Assembly (NCBI GenBank): GCA_977020255.1 | Contig: CDROCS010004085.1 | Location: 1 to 64,000 of the forward strand | Direction of reading: 5' to 3' | Length of the DNA: 64,000 bases | Origin: Obrimoposthia wandeli | Taxonomy: Eukaryota | The notes under the pieces: generated by a model | Database searches by the model: none | The model's input: the letters and a program-made list of their open reading frames with translations, nothing else | What the model was told of the DNA's origin: nothing | Part shown: piece after piece, positions 50,268-60,759 of the stretch | Layout: every line of letters starts with the position of its first letter | Numbering within the stretch: the stretch's first letter is position 1 | Program-made: the position numbers and the translations under genes

Positions 50268-51206
50268 ATGAAAATTAGCCTAAACGTAGCAAAATTAAAA
50301 TCAATTGTTGTAGGGGCTGCATCAGCCACTACTTTTGCAAAGATAGCCCAAGAATTGATTAGTTTAGCTGAGAGTCGAGATTTTAAAATCAGTTATTGCG
50401 AGGCTCCAAACCCGAATGCAATGCCGCTGTATGATGCTGTATCTAAAAAGTTAATCGGAGCGCATGTAACATATCGAAAAAATGATATGCCAAACTTCAT
50501 TCACGAAATGACTCACGCGAGTGTATTGAAATCATATCAATGTGATTTGATTAATTACTATTGTGGTACAACAAATACGGTACCGTTGGAATACGGTTCA
50601 ACGAAAATTGATGGTTCTTATGACAACACGGTTTCAGCGCTAGGGGTCAGCTTAATCAGCCGTCGTAAGGCTTGGTATAGAAGCGATTGCGAAAGAACAT
50701 TACAAGGGAACTTGCAAGGTTTGATGAGAGTGGCGGAAAGCGGTAATTATGTTCAGTCGCCAGAACCTTATATGTCGGTAGATGAGAAAAAACGACTAAA
50801 AGAGCTCAAAGGAAATGGAGATATTCGATTGTTGGACTTTTTAGAAGATATGAACGAACGTGGTTTAGTCGTAAAGTCTAATAAGTTTTTAAAAGCATCA
50901 GAAATCAACAAAACACAAATAGATATGGAATTAACAAGGCGAAAAAACTGGATAAAAGATCGTATCAATTACGGTTTAAACGGGATGAGTGGCTTGGGTG
51001 ATGTTCATTTTGAATACGATACTGTTGTGAACCAAATGCTGACTCAAATGCATTTGTGGGGTTATGATTCTCGCTATGAACTGTTCAGAGCAATAGACCA
51101 AGTGGCTTTAGAGGCTTATGAGCGTCGTGTAAGTGCTCTTGAAATCCAGAAGCTGGGAGGAATCACACGCCCAGTAATTGCTATACCTCGCAATATTACT
51201 TTTTAA
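50268..51206 (+). CDS. Hypothetical protein with an HExxH motif (candidate Zn peptidase)
   Basis: 312 aa ORF with FIHEMTHA at 50496-50519 and no signal peptide. Confidence 0.82.
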   Translation: MKISLNVAKLKSIVVGAASATTFAKIAQELISLAESRDFKISYCEAPNPNAMPLYDAVSKKLIGAHVTYRKNDMPNFIHEMTHASVLKSYQCDLINYYCGTTNTVPLEYGSTKIDGSYDNTVSALGVSLISRRKAWYRSDCERTLQGNLQGLMRVAESGNYVQSPEPYMSVDEKKRLKELKGNGDIRLLDFLEDMNERGLVVKSNKFLKASEINKTQIDMELTRRKNWIKDRINYGLNGMSGLGDVHFEYDTVVNQMLTQMHLWGYDSRYELFRAIDQVALEAYERRVSALEIQKLGGITRPVIAIPRNITF

Positions 51207-51243
51207 GCACGGCTATAACGTAATGTATTAATTCGTTAGTTCT

Positions 51244-51266
51244 AAAAAAAGAGGCCCAAAGGCCTC
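51244..51266 (-). terminator. Terminator of the minus-strand MCP
   Basis: GAGGCC-CAAA-GGCCTC with A7 on the left, giving a U-tract on the minus strand. Confidence 0.75.
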
Positions 51267-51301
51267 CTGAAATTTGATAAAAGTTACATGTTCAAGCGTA
51301 A

Positions 51302-53344
51302 TTAATGGAAGTAGTTCACCTGTTGTTTCAAGTCGCCCGATAAACCTTGCAATGTGGCTGCACTGTTTGATGTTTTAGCGACAATGTCACGACTTTGCTG
51401 ATTGAGATGACTGATCTCCGTCGCGTTTGCTGCAATTTCTTGTGATACATGCGCTTGTTCTTCAGAGGTAGCAGCAATCACTTCTGATTGCGCCGCAATG
51501 GCCGTCACTTGCATGGTGATACTTTCTAGTGCTAATCCTGCTTGGGTGGCTTGCTCTGTCACTCGTTGACCTTTCGTTTGACTCTCTGACATCATGGTCA
51601 CAGCACTGTTGGTGCACAAACGTAACTGATCAATGATGGCAACAACCTCTTTCACCGATTCTTGTGTACGGTGCGCCAACGTACGCACTTCATCAGCAAC
51701 CACCGCGAACCCACGTCCTTGTTCACCAGCACGCGCAGCTTCAATGGCTGCATTCAATGCCAACAAGTTCGTTTGTCCTGCTATCTCATCAATCATACGT
51801 GTCACGGCCTGAATGTTGTCACTTTCAAGGCTAACTTTATCGATCGCTTCTGCCGACTGACGCAACTGTTCATTAAGGTTCGCAATTTCGACACTGACCT
51901 GTCCCACCAATTCAGAACCCGACAAGCTATCTTCATTAGCTGATCGTACACTGGAAGCTATTTCTTCTACTTGCTGCGCCACAGACTGCGCTGACGATGC
52001 CATTTCTTCAATGGCAGTAACCACTTGTTCCACTTGATCTTGCTGCTTTTCAGACTGCGACAAACAGGCACTGGCATCACTTGATACGCTATCAGCTTGC
52101 GTTTGTACTGCATCACTGGTGGTGCGAATTTGACTAACAAGATCATTAAGATTGTGCGCCATATGGCGAACACCATAAGTTAGGCGCTCAATTTCATTGC
52201 GAGACTGCGCTTCTCCGCCCGTCATATATAGACTAACTTCGCCTTCCCCCAGACGATCCATATAACCAGAAAGCTCCGTCAGTGGACGTGTCATTTTACT
52301 AAGTAAAATGCTCAAACAAACAAACGTTACTGTGCCGACCACCACGGCAATCATGATGATCAAATTCAACAGATCTTGGCTAGCTTTGGTTACTTCACTT
52401 ACAAATGTGCCACCCAACAGCTTCCAGTTCCAGCCAGGTACTTCGGTGTACACCACATATTTTTCGCCAATCACACCTTGATATTCAAAGGGGTAAAATA
52501 ACACTCCACTTGTCTGATCAAAGATCTGACCAAACGGTTTATTACCATTGTAATCACTAATAGTTGTTATCGACTTATTACCCACGGGTTGAGTAGGATG
52601 ATAAAGATATACCCCAAGCCGGTTAGGATCATTATCAGTTACGAATGTGTAGCCAGTGTCACCCCAAGAGATATTGCCTAGATTTGCAAAAATAGCTTTT
52701 GTTGCTGCTTCAATCGGTACTCCAATGAAAGAGATACCTTGCACCTGACCATCGGTATCTTTGATCGGGGAATAATATGTTAAGTAAGCATGTCCAAACA
52801 GCGTAACTTTTGCGTAGTACGGTTTACCACTTCTCAAATCGGCGTAGCCAGGATGGTTTTTTCCTAATAAAGTGCCTACCGCACGCTCTCCGTTTTGAGC
52901 TTTTAGTGAGGTGGCGACTCGTAAAAAATCACCCTGTGAAGCTAGGAATAAAGTTGCTACAGCACCGGTGTCTTGAGTGAAACGATCAATCGTTGTCATG
53001 TTCCCCACCAAAGATTGACCATTGATGAAGGCATTAACGACCTGTTGGCCTTGATATTGGGTTAGCTCACCATTAAACGTAATCTCATGCAAATAACCAT
53101 TACGAAAAGCACTTTCTAACTGCTTGGCATTGTCTAAATATGTATCAAATTGACTCGCAATCGTGTCAGCCAGCGCATTAAGTTTTGATTGATGCTCTTC
53201 CATGGTTTCTTTTAACAACACATCAGAAGCGTTTTGATACACCATGGTTGCGATTGAAGAGAATGAAATAATCAAAAAGAGGCTAATCACCAACCGTAAC
53301 TGGACGCTAATACTACTATTTTTTATCTTTTTCCACATGTCCAT
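51302..53344 (-). CDS. Methyl-accepting chemotaxis protein (Cache_3-Cache_2 fusion-type sensor)
   Basis: [38 protein letters not shown]...[17 protein letters not shown] and the MA hairpin [26 protein letters not shown]. Confidence 0.96.
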   Translation of the reverse strand: MDMWKKIKNSSISVQLRLVISLFLIISFSSIATMVYQNASDVLLKETMEEHQSKLNALADTIASQFDTYLDNAKQLESAFRNGYLHEITFNGELTQYQGQQVVNAFINGQSLVGNMTTIDRFTQDTGAVATLFLASQGDFLRVATSLKAQNGERAVGTLLGKNHPGYADLRSGKPYYAKVTLFGHAYLTYYSPIKDTDGQVQGISFIGVPIEAATKAIFANLGNISWGDTGYTFVTDNDPNRLGVYLYHPTQPVGNKSITTISDYNGNKPFGQIFDQTSGVLFYPFEYQGVIGEKYVVYTEVPGWNWKLLGGTFVSEVTKASQDLLNLIIMIAVVVGTVTFVCLSILLSKMTRPLTELSGYMDRLGEGEVSLYMTGGEAQSRNEIERLTYGVRHMAHNLNDLVSQIRTTSDAVQTQADSVSSDASACLSQSEKQQDQVEQVVTAIEEMASSAQSVAQQVEEIASSVRSANEDSLSGSELVGQVSVEIANLNEQLRQSAEAIDKVSLESDNIQAVTRMIDEIAGQTNLLALNAAIEAARAGEQGRGFAVVADEVRTLAHRTQESVKEVVAIIDQLRLCTNSAVTMMSESQTKGQRVTEQATQAGLALESITMQVTAIAAQSEVIAATSEEQAHVSQEIAANATEISHLNQQSRDIVAKTSNSAATLQGLSGDLKQQVNYFH

Positions 53345-53713
53345 TCAGAGTAAGTCATACTGACTTCTCCCCCACCGATAAATTTTGAAAAAGAATGATG
53401 CATAGATTTTTTTGATGTGTAAATTACTAGACATGCATAAATCAAATAGAAATACAGTTACCTTGATCTAAGTTAGCTTAATGTGTGCCAATTTGGGTGA
53501 TTTACGTGCGAGATGTAGAAAAGCCTCTCTCAAATTATAACTAATTACCTTATATATAAGCCACTTAGCGCATATTGATTGTTTGGTTAGTAGGGAGCCC
53601 TTCAGGCGATGCTCGTTTTGTTGCAGGGTTTTATGGGCACTTTCGTTAATAGATGCAACTAGATCTGTTTCATGAAACCATGAATTGAATTATTTGCTTT
53701 ACGTGTCTTATGA

Positions 53714-54088
53714 TTAACGATCTGCTGGGTGATTAACACCATCACTAACTGGCACGTCACCTAATTCATACGGGTTAATGCCGTCTAAACACCCCACATT
53801 GATCCCGAATTCTGTCGGATCTGAGCGCCGTTGGTGATGAGTGTAAATACCACAGTTAGAACAAAAGTAGTGTTTTGCCGTATGGGTATTGAACTGGTAC
53901 AAACGTAATACATTTTCACCTGCCGTGATAGTCAGGTTAGGCAAGGTTACAGATGCCACGATAGCCCCTCTGCGCCGGCACATGGAACAGTCGCAGCGGC
54001 GTAATTTTTCCAGCCCATTGGGTAAGTTCACAGTGAATTTTACGGTGCCGCAATGGCATTGCCCGGTATGAATAGGTTTGAAATCCAT
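53714..54088 (-). CDS. GFA/CENP-V family protein
   Basis: GQCHCG, CDCSMCRR, HYFCSNCGIYTHH and GINVGCL. Confidence 0.94.
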   Translation of the reverse strand: MDFKPIHTGQCHCGTVKFTVNLPNGLEKLRRCDCSMCRRRGAIVASVTLPNLTITAGENVLRLYQFNTHTAKHYFCSNCGIYTHHQRRSDPTEFGINVGCLDGINPYELGDVPVSDGVNHPADR

Positions 54089-54116
54089 TTCTTTTGTATT
54101 CCCTTGTTTGTGCTAA

Positions 54117-55280
54117 CTACAAAATAATGTGTGGCAAATAACGCGACATATCTTGAGTCACTTTTGATTTGTCTTCCCTGATCGAAATTCCCCCCGGTTT
54201 ATCGTTAATCAACCAACTGCCAATGAGGGTGTAATAATCACCAAATTTAGGTAAAGGATGGTATGCCTGATAAATCACCCCTTCATCACCGTAAGGGCCG
54301 TCAACACGTAAGGTTTGTTTACCATTTTGAACAATGGAAATATTGGCACCTTCACGCGCAAATAACGGCTTGATAACGTAATCGCGCAGGCTACTGAGCC
54401 CTTTGTCGTCTGGGAAATAGGCGGGCAATAGGTTGGGATGATGTTTGAATTTTTGCCATAAAAGAGGTAATAGAGCTTTATTACTAATTACCGATTTCCA
54501 CATTGGTTCTAACCAGTTTACTTTGGCATCGGCTAAGTTTTCAGCATAGTTTTCGCGGAACATAAATTCCCAAGGGTACAGTTTGAACATCCAACGGATA
54601 GGGCGACTCGCCATATCGGTGAATTCCCCTTTATTGTTCAATCCAATATCTTCGATGTGAACAAAGGAAGTCGATAGTCCGGCTTCTTTTGCACAATCTT
54701 CCATGTATTGCACGGTGCCGCGATCTTCTTCTGTATCGTGACAGCAAGAAAAGTGCAGTGTTTGACCTGGCTGAGAATGCGCGAGTTCTTTAAAGCGGTT
54801 GATCAGTAATTCTTGCAGTAAGTTAAATTGGTCGGCATCACGGCGAATAGCCCCGCTTTTTACTTGGTCTTCAAGCCATAGCCATTGCCAGAACCCAGTT
54901 TCGAAAAGAGAGGTCGGCGTATCTGCGTTATTTTCATATAGCTTTGCATGCCCTGTACCGTCGTAGGCAAAATCTAAGCGAGAATAAAGCGAGGGTTCTT
55001 TACGTTGCCATGAATCTAATACGTTTTGCCACATGGCTTCAGGTATTTGGAATTTACGTAACCAATATTCATCTCGTACTACAGTATCAACTACATCAAG
55101 ACACATCTGGTGTATTTCTTCAGTGGGATCTTCTATATCACGTTCAATTTGCTCTAACGTGAATTGATAATAAGCGGTTTCGTCCCAATAAGGGTCTTCA
55201 TACATTGAGTGAAAACCAAAGCCATATTCGGCGGCTAATTCACGCCAATGTTTACGTTCCTTACTATCAATTCTAAGCAT
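54117..55280 (-). CDS. Glutathionylspermidine synthase family ATP-grasp protein (YgiC/YjfC-like)
   Basis: YWDE.AYYQF, LYSRLDF, YENNADTPTSL, FKLYPWE, EPMWKSVISNKALL.LLW, KPLFAREG.N and IGSWL. Confidence 0.94.
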   Translation of the reverse strand: MLRIDSKERKHWRELAAEYGFGFHSMYEDPYWDETAYYQFTLEQIERDIEDPTEEIHQMCLDVVDTVVRDEYWLRKFQIPEAMWQNVLDSWQRKEPSLYSRLDFAYDGTGHAKLYENNADTPTSLFETGFWQWLWLEDQVKSGAIRRDADQFNLLQELLINRFKELAHSQPGQTLHFSCCHDTEEDRGTVQYMEDCAKEAGLSTSFVHIEDIGLNNKGEFTDMASRPIRWMFKLYPWEFMFRENYAENLADAKVNWLEPMWKSVISNKALLPLLWQKFKHHPNLLPAYFPDDKGLSSLRDYVIKPLFAREGANISIVQNGKQTLRVDGPYGDEGVIYQAYHPLPKFGDYYTLIGSWLINDKPGGISIREDKSKVTQDMSRYLPHIIL

Positions 55281-55312
55281 TAATGATTGTCCTTACTGCA
55301 TACAAAGGGTGT

Positions 55313-55346
55313 TATACCCAAGTTACCTTGAGGTGACTTGGGTATA
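55313..55346. repeat. Collapsed ERIC/MITE-like palindrome (two termini joined)
   Basis: TATACCCAAGTTACCT-TG-AGGTGACTTGGGTATA: 16-bp arms with 1 mismatch and TA at both ends. Confidence 0.78.
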
Positions 55347-55571
55347 AAGCGTTACGCTACTGAGAATATGACACTTTTCAGCGTGATAGCCAAACTTGAG
55401 TTGTAATATTTAAAGACGAATACCGAATATCGAGGAGGAGCGAGTTAAACGAAGGGATCATTAAAAAGCCAAAGTAAAAGGATTTCCAATGGCTTTATGT
55501 ACAGTGGTATTTCATACACCTAAATTGATTTAGAAAAGAGATACGGTGTTATGGAATATAAGAGAAGTCGG

Positions 55572-55880
55572 TTACATGATTTTTTGGTGCTTACTACTTA
55601 CTACTGCACCATCTAGTATATTAAATTTATACACGGAGCTTTTATCTGTGCATTCAAGTGCCTTCTCCAAGAGGGTGCATGTTCCACCTGCACGGGTGAA
55701 CATACTTTGAACGACCTTAACCTCGGTGCCTTTATCGATGGCATGTAATTCTTCTGTAGTCACTGGGGCGATACGACCAGATTTCACTAATTTAGGTATA
55801 TCAAACATACTTGTTGTCTGGCAACCTGCCAATATAAATGGCGACAATGTTATTAGCGCAAGTAGTTTTGAGCATTTCAT
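55572..55880 (-). CDS. Hypothetical lipoprotein (102 aa)
   Basis: Lipobox LAGC after a hydrophobic signal; AGGA RBS. Confidence 0.75.
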   Translation of the reverse strand: MKCSKLLALITLSPFILAGCQTTSMFDIPKLVKSGRIAPVTTEELHAIDKGTEVKVVQSMFTRAGGTCTLLEKALECTDKSSVYKFNILDGAVVSSKHQKIM

Positions 55881-56113
55881 TTTTATTCCTTTTAAGTTTT
55901 GAATGGTGTTTTATATTTTCGTGGGAATTTACCGTCAATAGATTGGCGTGTAAACCTTTTTATATACCTATTGGGAATTTTAATCAGAAAGGTATTCAAC
56001 AATTGAATGCTTACTTGCCTAAAGCTGGGATGAGGGAAAGGTATTTATTGAAATGTATTGCGGATGCGGCACTCACCAGAAGATGAGTACCGATTTTGAA
56101 CTGATTTGAAATA

Positions 56114-56722
56114 CTATTCTTTTAAATAGGTACATAAAAATTGTGTAACTGATGTTTCAATCGCTATTTGTTGTTCTTGTGCATTGGCTGGTGGAAGATG
56201 GATCAGTATTTGAGGCCAGAAAACGATAGCTTTGATTGAAGCAAAAAATTGTTCAGAAGCGACTTTTGGATAAGCGACATCAAGTTTATCGGCTGCAATC
56301 CCTGCTTCTATCCATTGAGTTAACCCAATACATCCTTCTAAATCTAGAATTTTTTCTTGCATGATGGTCGCAGATTTACTTGAGCGCATACACTCAGATA
56401 AAACCATACGTGCTAGTGACAAAAAGTCATCGCTACAGAATAACTTTACTTCTGTTTCTGCTATCGCGGTAAGCTGAGATTTTACTGATGTTGTGGTATT
56501 AAATTGAACGTCAGCAATGGCATGAATGTTTGAGAATAGACGCTCAATAATCATGCTAAATAGGCTGTCTTTTGTTGGGTAATATTTATACAGCGTACGT
56601 TTAGAGACTTCTGCTTTTTTGGAGATAGCCTCCATGCTGGTTTGATCCAGCCCTTTTTCTGTGAAAAGGGCTATAGCAGCCAGAATAATATTTTCTTGTT
56701 TTATTTCAGCAAGCTTAACCAT
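56114..56722 (-). CDS. TetR/AcrR family regulator
   Basis: AAIALFTEKG..TSMEAISKKAEVSKRTLYKYYPTK HTH. Confidence 0.95.
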   Translation of the reverse strand: MVKLAEIKQENIILAAIALFTEKGLDQTSMEAISKKAEVSKRTLYKYYPTKDSLFSMIIERLFSNIHAIADVQFNTTTSVKSQLTAIAETEVKLFCSDDFLSLARMVLSECMRSSKSATIMQEKILDLEGCIGLTQWIEAGIAADKLDVAYPKVASEQFFASIKAIVFWPQILIHLPPANAQEQQIAIETSVTQFLCTYLKE

Positions 56723-56744
56723 ATATCACTCAATAGTTGAAATA

Positions 56745-56816
56745 AAAAGTAAACGGATATGTTTACTTTTATTCAGTTCACGTTATTATTAAAAGTATAC
56801 ACTGTCGTTTACTTTT
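56745..56816. promoter_or_regulatory. Two TetR-type operators AAAAGTA(A/T)AC-N6-GTTTACTTTT
   Basis: Perfect palindrome at 56745-56770 and a one-mismatch copy at 56791-56816, in the 110-bp divergent intergenic region. Confidence 0.85.
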
Positions 56817-56831
56817 GAGGCCAGCATAAAT

Positions 56832-57995
56832 ATGAATACCAAGTTGAAAACATCGTTGATACCTTTAATGACTGTACTTGGATTAGCTGCCTGTAATGAT
56901 AATGTGATTACGGGGGATCATGTTCTGAGTGCTGACTTACGTAACACTCGTATTGAACAATCGGCTCAATTCGTTGATGGCAAAGTTATTTCTCGTATTC
57001 CACAGGTTGAAAACCAAGAAGGTGTTGTAAAAACGCTATGGAAATTTTTTTCCCAACGTAGCCAATATAAGCCTTCACAAGCATTACCGTATCAAGATGT
57101 TGATATTACACGATTACAAAACCCCAGTGAGCAATTACGTGTGACTTGGCTCGGGCATTCGTCATTATTTATTGAAGCCGACAAAACACGTATTTTAATT
57201 GATCCTGTATTTGAATATGCAGCACCTGTTTTTTTTGCTCGAATGTTTCAACGTAATGTCGTGGCACCTGTTAGCCGTGAAGACTTACCACTGCCTGATG
57301 TGATTGTGATTTCGCATGATCATTATGACCATTTAGAAGAAAATACTGCTCGATTTTATGCCAACAAAGACGTGATGTTCTTTGTACCGCTAGAGGTTGG
57401 ACGTCACCTTGAAAAATGGGGTGTTTCACCAAAAAATATTAAAGAATTTGATTGGTGGGAAAGCCGACAAATAAATTCGGTAACTATTACCGCGGCGCCA
57501 GCCAACCATAATTCCGGTAGAGGGCTGTTTGATTCAAATAAAACGTTATGGGCTTCTTGGGCAATTCAGGCTGATACGGGGAGCGTGTTTTTTAGTGGTG
57601 ATACCGCTTATGGTGAGCATTTTAAGCAAATAGGTGAACGCTTAGGTCCGTTTGATTTGGCTTTTATTGAAGTTGCTGCCAACCTAAAAGAAGACAGTGG
57701 TTACCCTGTTGAAGGGTGGGGCCACATGCAGGCTTCTCATACCCTGCAGGCACATTTAGATGTTCAAGCTGATAAACTATTTCCTGTTCATTGGTCAACG
57801 TATGAACTCTTTATTCATCAGTGGGATGAACCCGTTAATGACTTGATTGCAGAGGCGGTTAAATATGACGTTGAGTTAGTGACGCCGATGGTCGGTGTTT
57901 CTATTGATCTGCCTTTAGCTGAGAAAACGGCGTATTGGTGGCAAGATGTGTATGACAAAGGTGCAGCAATTCCTTTGGTGTTTAATGCACAATAA
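56832..57995 (+). CDS. MBL-fold metallo-hydrolase lipoprotein (NAPE-PLD/RomA-like)
   Basis: Lipobox LAAC, TWLGHSS, ILIDPVF, ISHDHYDHL (HxHxDH), FFSGDT and PVHWSTY. Confidence 0.92.
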   Translation: MNTKLKTSLIPLMTVLGLAACNDNVITGDHVLSADLRNTRIEQSAQFVDGKVISRIPQVENQEGVVKTLWKFFSQRSQYKPSQALPYQDVDITRLQNPSEQLRVTWLGHSSLFIEADKTRILIDPVFEYAAPVFFARMFQRNVVAPVSREDLPLPDVIVISHDHYDHLEENTARFYANKDVMFFVPLEVGRHLEKWGVSPKNIKEFDWWESRQINSVTITAAPANHNSGRGLFDSNKTLWASWAIQADTGSVFFSGDTAYGEHFKQIGERLGPFDLAFIEVAANLKEDSGYPVEGWGHMQASHTLQAHLDVQADKLFPVHWSTYELFIHQWDEPVNDLIAEAVKYDVELVTPMVGVSIDLPLAEKTAYWWQDVYDKGAAIPLVFNAQ

Positions 57996-58024
57996 TAAGT
58001 AAATGTAGAGCATTGTTCACCATC

Positions 58025-58049
58025 AGCTGAGCAGGAAACTCAGCTTTTT
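58025..58049 (+). terminator. Rho-independent terminator
   Basis: AGCTGAG-CAGGAAA-CTCAGCT followed by TTTT. Confidence 0.75.
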
Positions 58050-58164
58050 ATATTTCCTTTTCTTTGAGTTCTATTTAATACGTTAGTTGTAACTACCATA
58101 TTAAATAGAGATAAAGAGTCATTAAAACGTCAAAGACCCTTCTTCTTTATTGGCGCTAAATCTT

Positions 58165-59106
58165 CTAAAGCCCCTCGACGTTAATCCAATTCCAGCGTCT
58201 CTGCACTTCTTGTACTTTCTGATTAAGAATAATATTTCTAATATCCTTCACAAATTCTTCAATCATGCTGCCAAACTCCCCCTTTCGGCTGATAACGGCT
58301 AATTGTCGGGTGATGCCAGGAGCAGGTAATGGCTGGCATTCCAGTTTATCCAGTAGCTCAAGTTGTCGAGCCAAAAAAGTGGGTGAAGAAAGCGACCACC
58401 CCAACCCTTCTGCCACCATACCCAGTACGTTATCGGCACGATCAAGAGAGAATTGACTCTGTGGCTTATAGTTGCGCCAGCGTAGCCAATTGTTGGTTTG
58501 GGTACCTGTCGGTGTCCAGTTTTCATAGGCGATATAAGGTTTGTTTTTTGCCAGCCATTGGATGTCTTTCGCTTCCCAGTAGGCAGGAGTAACAACGACG
58601 TATTGTTCTTCCAACAGTGGGAACATGGCGAGATCCTGTGGGATATCCTGATTAGCCATACTGATGATGATATCGGTTTTGCCAGACTGAAGTGAGGTTA
58701 GCAGTTCTGGTGCGGTGCCGGTTATCTGGTTGATATGGGCAACTTTGGGGTGGAGGTATTTGAGCAACTCTATACCCGCAATTTGGGTAACTGAATCGAC
58801 CATGCCAATACGCAATCGGGGTAGCTTGCCTTTCTCTATCGAGTGCATCCAGTCTTGCAGTTTGCGCGATTCAGCCAGCAGTTTGCTGCCCTGCTCGTAC
58901 AGTTCCCGTCCGGCCAGTGTCAGTTTGATTGGGCGCTTACTTCTGTCTAGCAGTTTGCTGTCGAGTATCTGCTCTAGGCTCTGAACCAGCTGTGAAACCG
59001 CAGATTGGGTTTGATTAAGCTGTTGGGCTGCTTTGCTAAACGAGCCAGTCTCGGCCACGGTAATGAAAGTTCTGAGTTGGCGAAGATCAAAGGCAATATT
59101 GTCCAT
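58165..59106 (-). CDS. LysR family regulator
   Basis: FDLRQLRTFITVAETGSFSKAAQQLNQTQSAVSQ. Start is 59106 or 59118. Confidence 0.95.
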   Translation of the reverse strand: MDNIAFDLRQLRTFITVAETGSFSKAAQQLNQTQSAVSQLVQSLEQILDSKLLDRSKRPIKLTLAGRELYEQGSKLLAESRKLQDWMHSIEKGKLPRLRIGMVDSVTQIAGIELLKYLHPKVAHINQITGTAPELLTSLQSGKTDIIISMANQDIPQDLAMFPLLEEQYVVVTPAYWEAKDIQWLAKNKPYIAYENWTPTGTQTNNWLRWRNYKPQSQFSLDRADNVLGMVAEGLGWSLSSPTFLARQLELLDKLECQPLPAPGITRQLAVISRKGEFGSMIEEFVKDIRNIILNQKVQEVQRRWNWINVEGL

Positions 59107-59119
59107 ACGTAGCCACATT

Positions 59120-59134
59120 ATAAGTTGAACTAAT
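59120..59134. promoter_or_regulatory. LysR-type T-N11-A box
   Basis: ATAAG-TTGAA-CTAAT dyad at the 5' end of the LysR gene, in the divergent promoter. Confidence 0.5.
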
Positions 59135-59274
59135 ACTCTGTATTATATTCTCCACTGCTAGCTAAGTTCGGAGCTACATCAAAAAATCAAGCAAAGCCAT
59201 GGCATAGAATCCTAGTTATTCAGAAAGTACTCAAAAAGTATTTCCAAAATATCTAAAAAATGCAGGGCTTAGCG

Positions 59275-60759
59275 ATGAGAAAAGAAACTGATGTATTAGG
59301 CGAGATGATGTTACCCGATGAAGTTTACTATGGTATTCAGACTGTTCGTGCCCGCGATAACTTTGCTGTATCTGGTCGTACGGCGGTGGATGTACCACAT
59401 TATTTGTGGTCCGTCGCGGCTATTAAGCAAGCGGCAGCTAAAGCTAACTGTAAAATTGGTGCGCTGGACGACACAGTGGCTAAAGTGATTGTACAGGCTT
59501 CACAGGAAATGATGGATCACCGTTTCGATGATCAGTTCCCGATTGATATTTTTCAAGGTGGCGGCGGAACCTCGACCAATATGAACGCCAATGAGGTGAT
59601 AGCAAATCGTGCTAACGAAATTATTACCGGAAAGAAAGGCTATGATGTCGTACATCCCAATACTCACGTCAATATGGGGCAGTCTACTAACGATGTGATC
59701 CCTGCGGCGATGAAGATGACTTGCCGTATTAATTTACATGCGCTAATCGCAGAAGTAGCAGCACTTGAAGTCATGCTGGAAGAAAAAACACAAGCCTTTG
59801 ATCACGTAGTGAAGCTGGCGAGAACCTGCTTGCAAGATGCAGTGCCGATTACTCTTGGCCAGCAATTCAGCGGCTATTTACATCAAGTTCGCCGCCTGCA
59901 TCAATCGTTGAAAACAGCCAGCGAACAAACACTTGATTTACCGTTAGGTGCTACGGCGGTTGGTACGGGCTTGTCTACACATGAGGGCTACCTAGAGCAG
60001 GTATATATCGAGCTTCAGGAAATATCGGGTGAACAGTTTATTGCTGAAGAGAACTTCTTCGACGGTTTGCAAAATGGCGATACCTACCTTGAAGTTGCCT
60101 CTCAACTGAAAAAGTTGGCTGCATTTTTATCTAAGATGGCAACTGACTTTCGTCTTCAAGGAAGTGGTCCGCGTGCTGGTTTCAACGAATTATTCTTACC
60201 CGCGGTTCAGCCTGGATCTTCAATTATGCCGGGTAAAATTAACCCTGTGATGCCAGAACTGATCAATCAGATTGCCTATCAGGTGATTGGTAATGATGTG
60301 ACGATCACGATGGCGGTTGAAGGTGGCGAGCTGGATCTCAATGTCTGGGAACCGGTTATTATCAAGGCACTGTTTGAGTCGTGTAACTTACTCACCAATG
60401 CTATTCCATTGTTTGTTGGGAAATGTCTGAAAGACTTGTTACCCAACGAGCCGGTTTGTCGTGAATATGCGGAGAAAAGCACCGCATTAGCCACGGTGAT
60501 AGCGACTCTGTTTGGCTACAAAGTGGGATGCCGTATTGCAGCGAAAGCCTTCGAGCAGAATCTTCGTGTGCGAGACGTTGTGCTGGACGAGCAGTTGTTA
60601 ACGCCAGAGCAGGCTGACTATTTGTTGGATCCGATGGTAATGACAAATCCTAAAACCAGTGCGGCGGCAGTCACCCGTTATCAACAAGAAATGGCTAATG
60701 CTGAAGTGAGCCCGCAAGAAATCCAGAGCTCAGAGGTTAATACTAAGGAGCCAGCATAA
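59275..60759 (+). CDS. Aspartase/fumarase-family lyase (AspA-like, atypical)
   Basis: YYGIQTVRARDNF, GGGTSTNMNANEVIANRA, HVNMGQSTNDV and the SS-loop GSSIMPGKINP; RTCLQDA replaces the usual RT(H/Q)LQDA. Start is 59260 or 59275. Confidence 0.92.
   Translation: MRKETDVLGEMMLPDEVYYGIQTVRARDNFAVSGRTAVDVPHYLWSVAAIKQAAAKANCKIGALDDTVAKVIVQASQEMMDHRFDDQFPIDIFQGGGGTSTNMNANEVIANRANEIITGKKGYDVVHPNTHVNMGQSTNDVIPAAMKMTCRINLHALIAEVAALEVMLEEKTQAFDHVVKLARTCLQDAVPITLGQQFSGYLHQVRRLHQSLKTASEQTLDLPLGATAVGTGLSTHEGYLEQVYIELQEISGEQFIAEENFFDGLQNGDTYLEVASQLKKLAAFLSKMATDFRLQGSGPRAGFNELFLPAVQPGSSIMPGKINPVMPELINQIAYQVIGNDVTITMAVEGGELDLNVWEPVIIKALFESCNLLTNAIPLFVGKCLKDLLPNEPVCREYAEKSTALATVIATLFGYKVGCRIAAKAFEQNLRVRDVVLDEQLLTPEQADYLLDPMVMTNPKTSAAAVTRYQQEMANAEVSPQEIQSSEVNTKEPA

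Noticed and set aside
53355-53381. Sigma-28-like CCGATAA near the second MCP
   Set aside because: Wrong strand for the gene and no properly spaced -35 element.
55838-56086. 82-aa plus-strand ORF
   Set aside because: It overlaps the lipoprotein's start antisense and has no motif or RBS.
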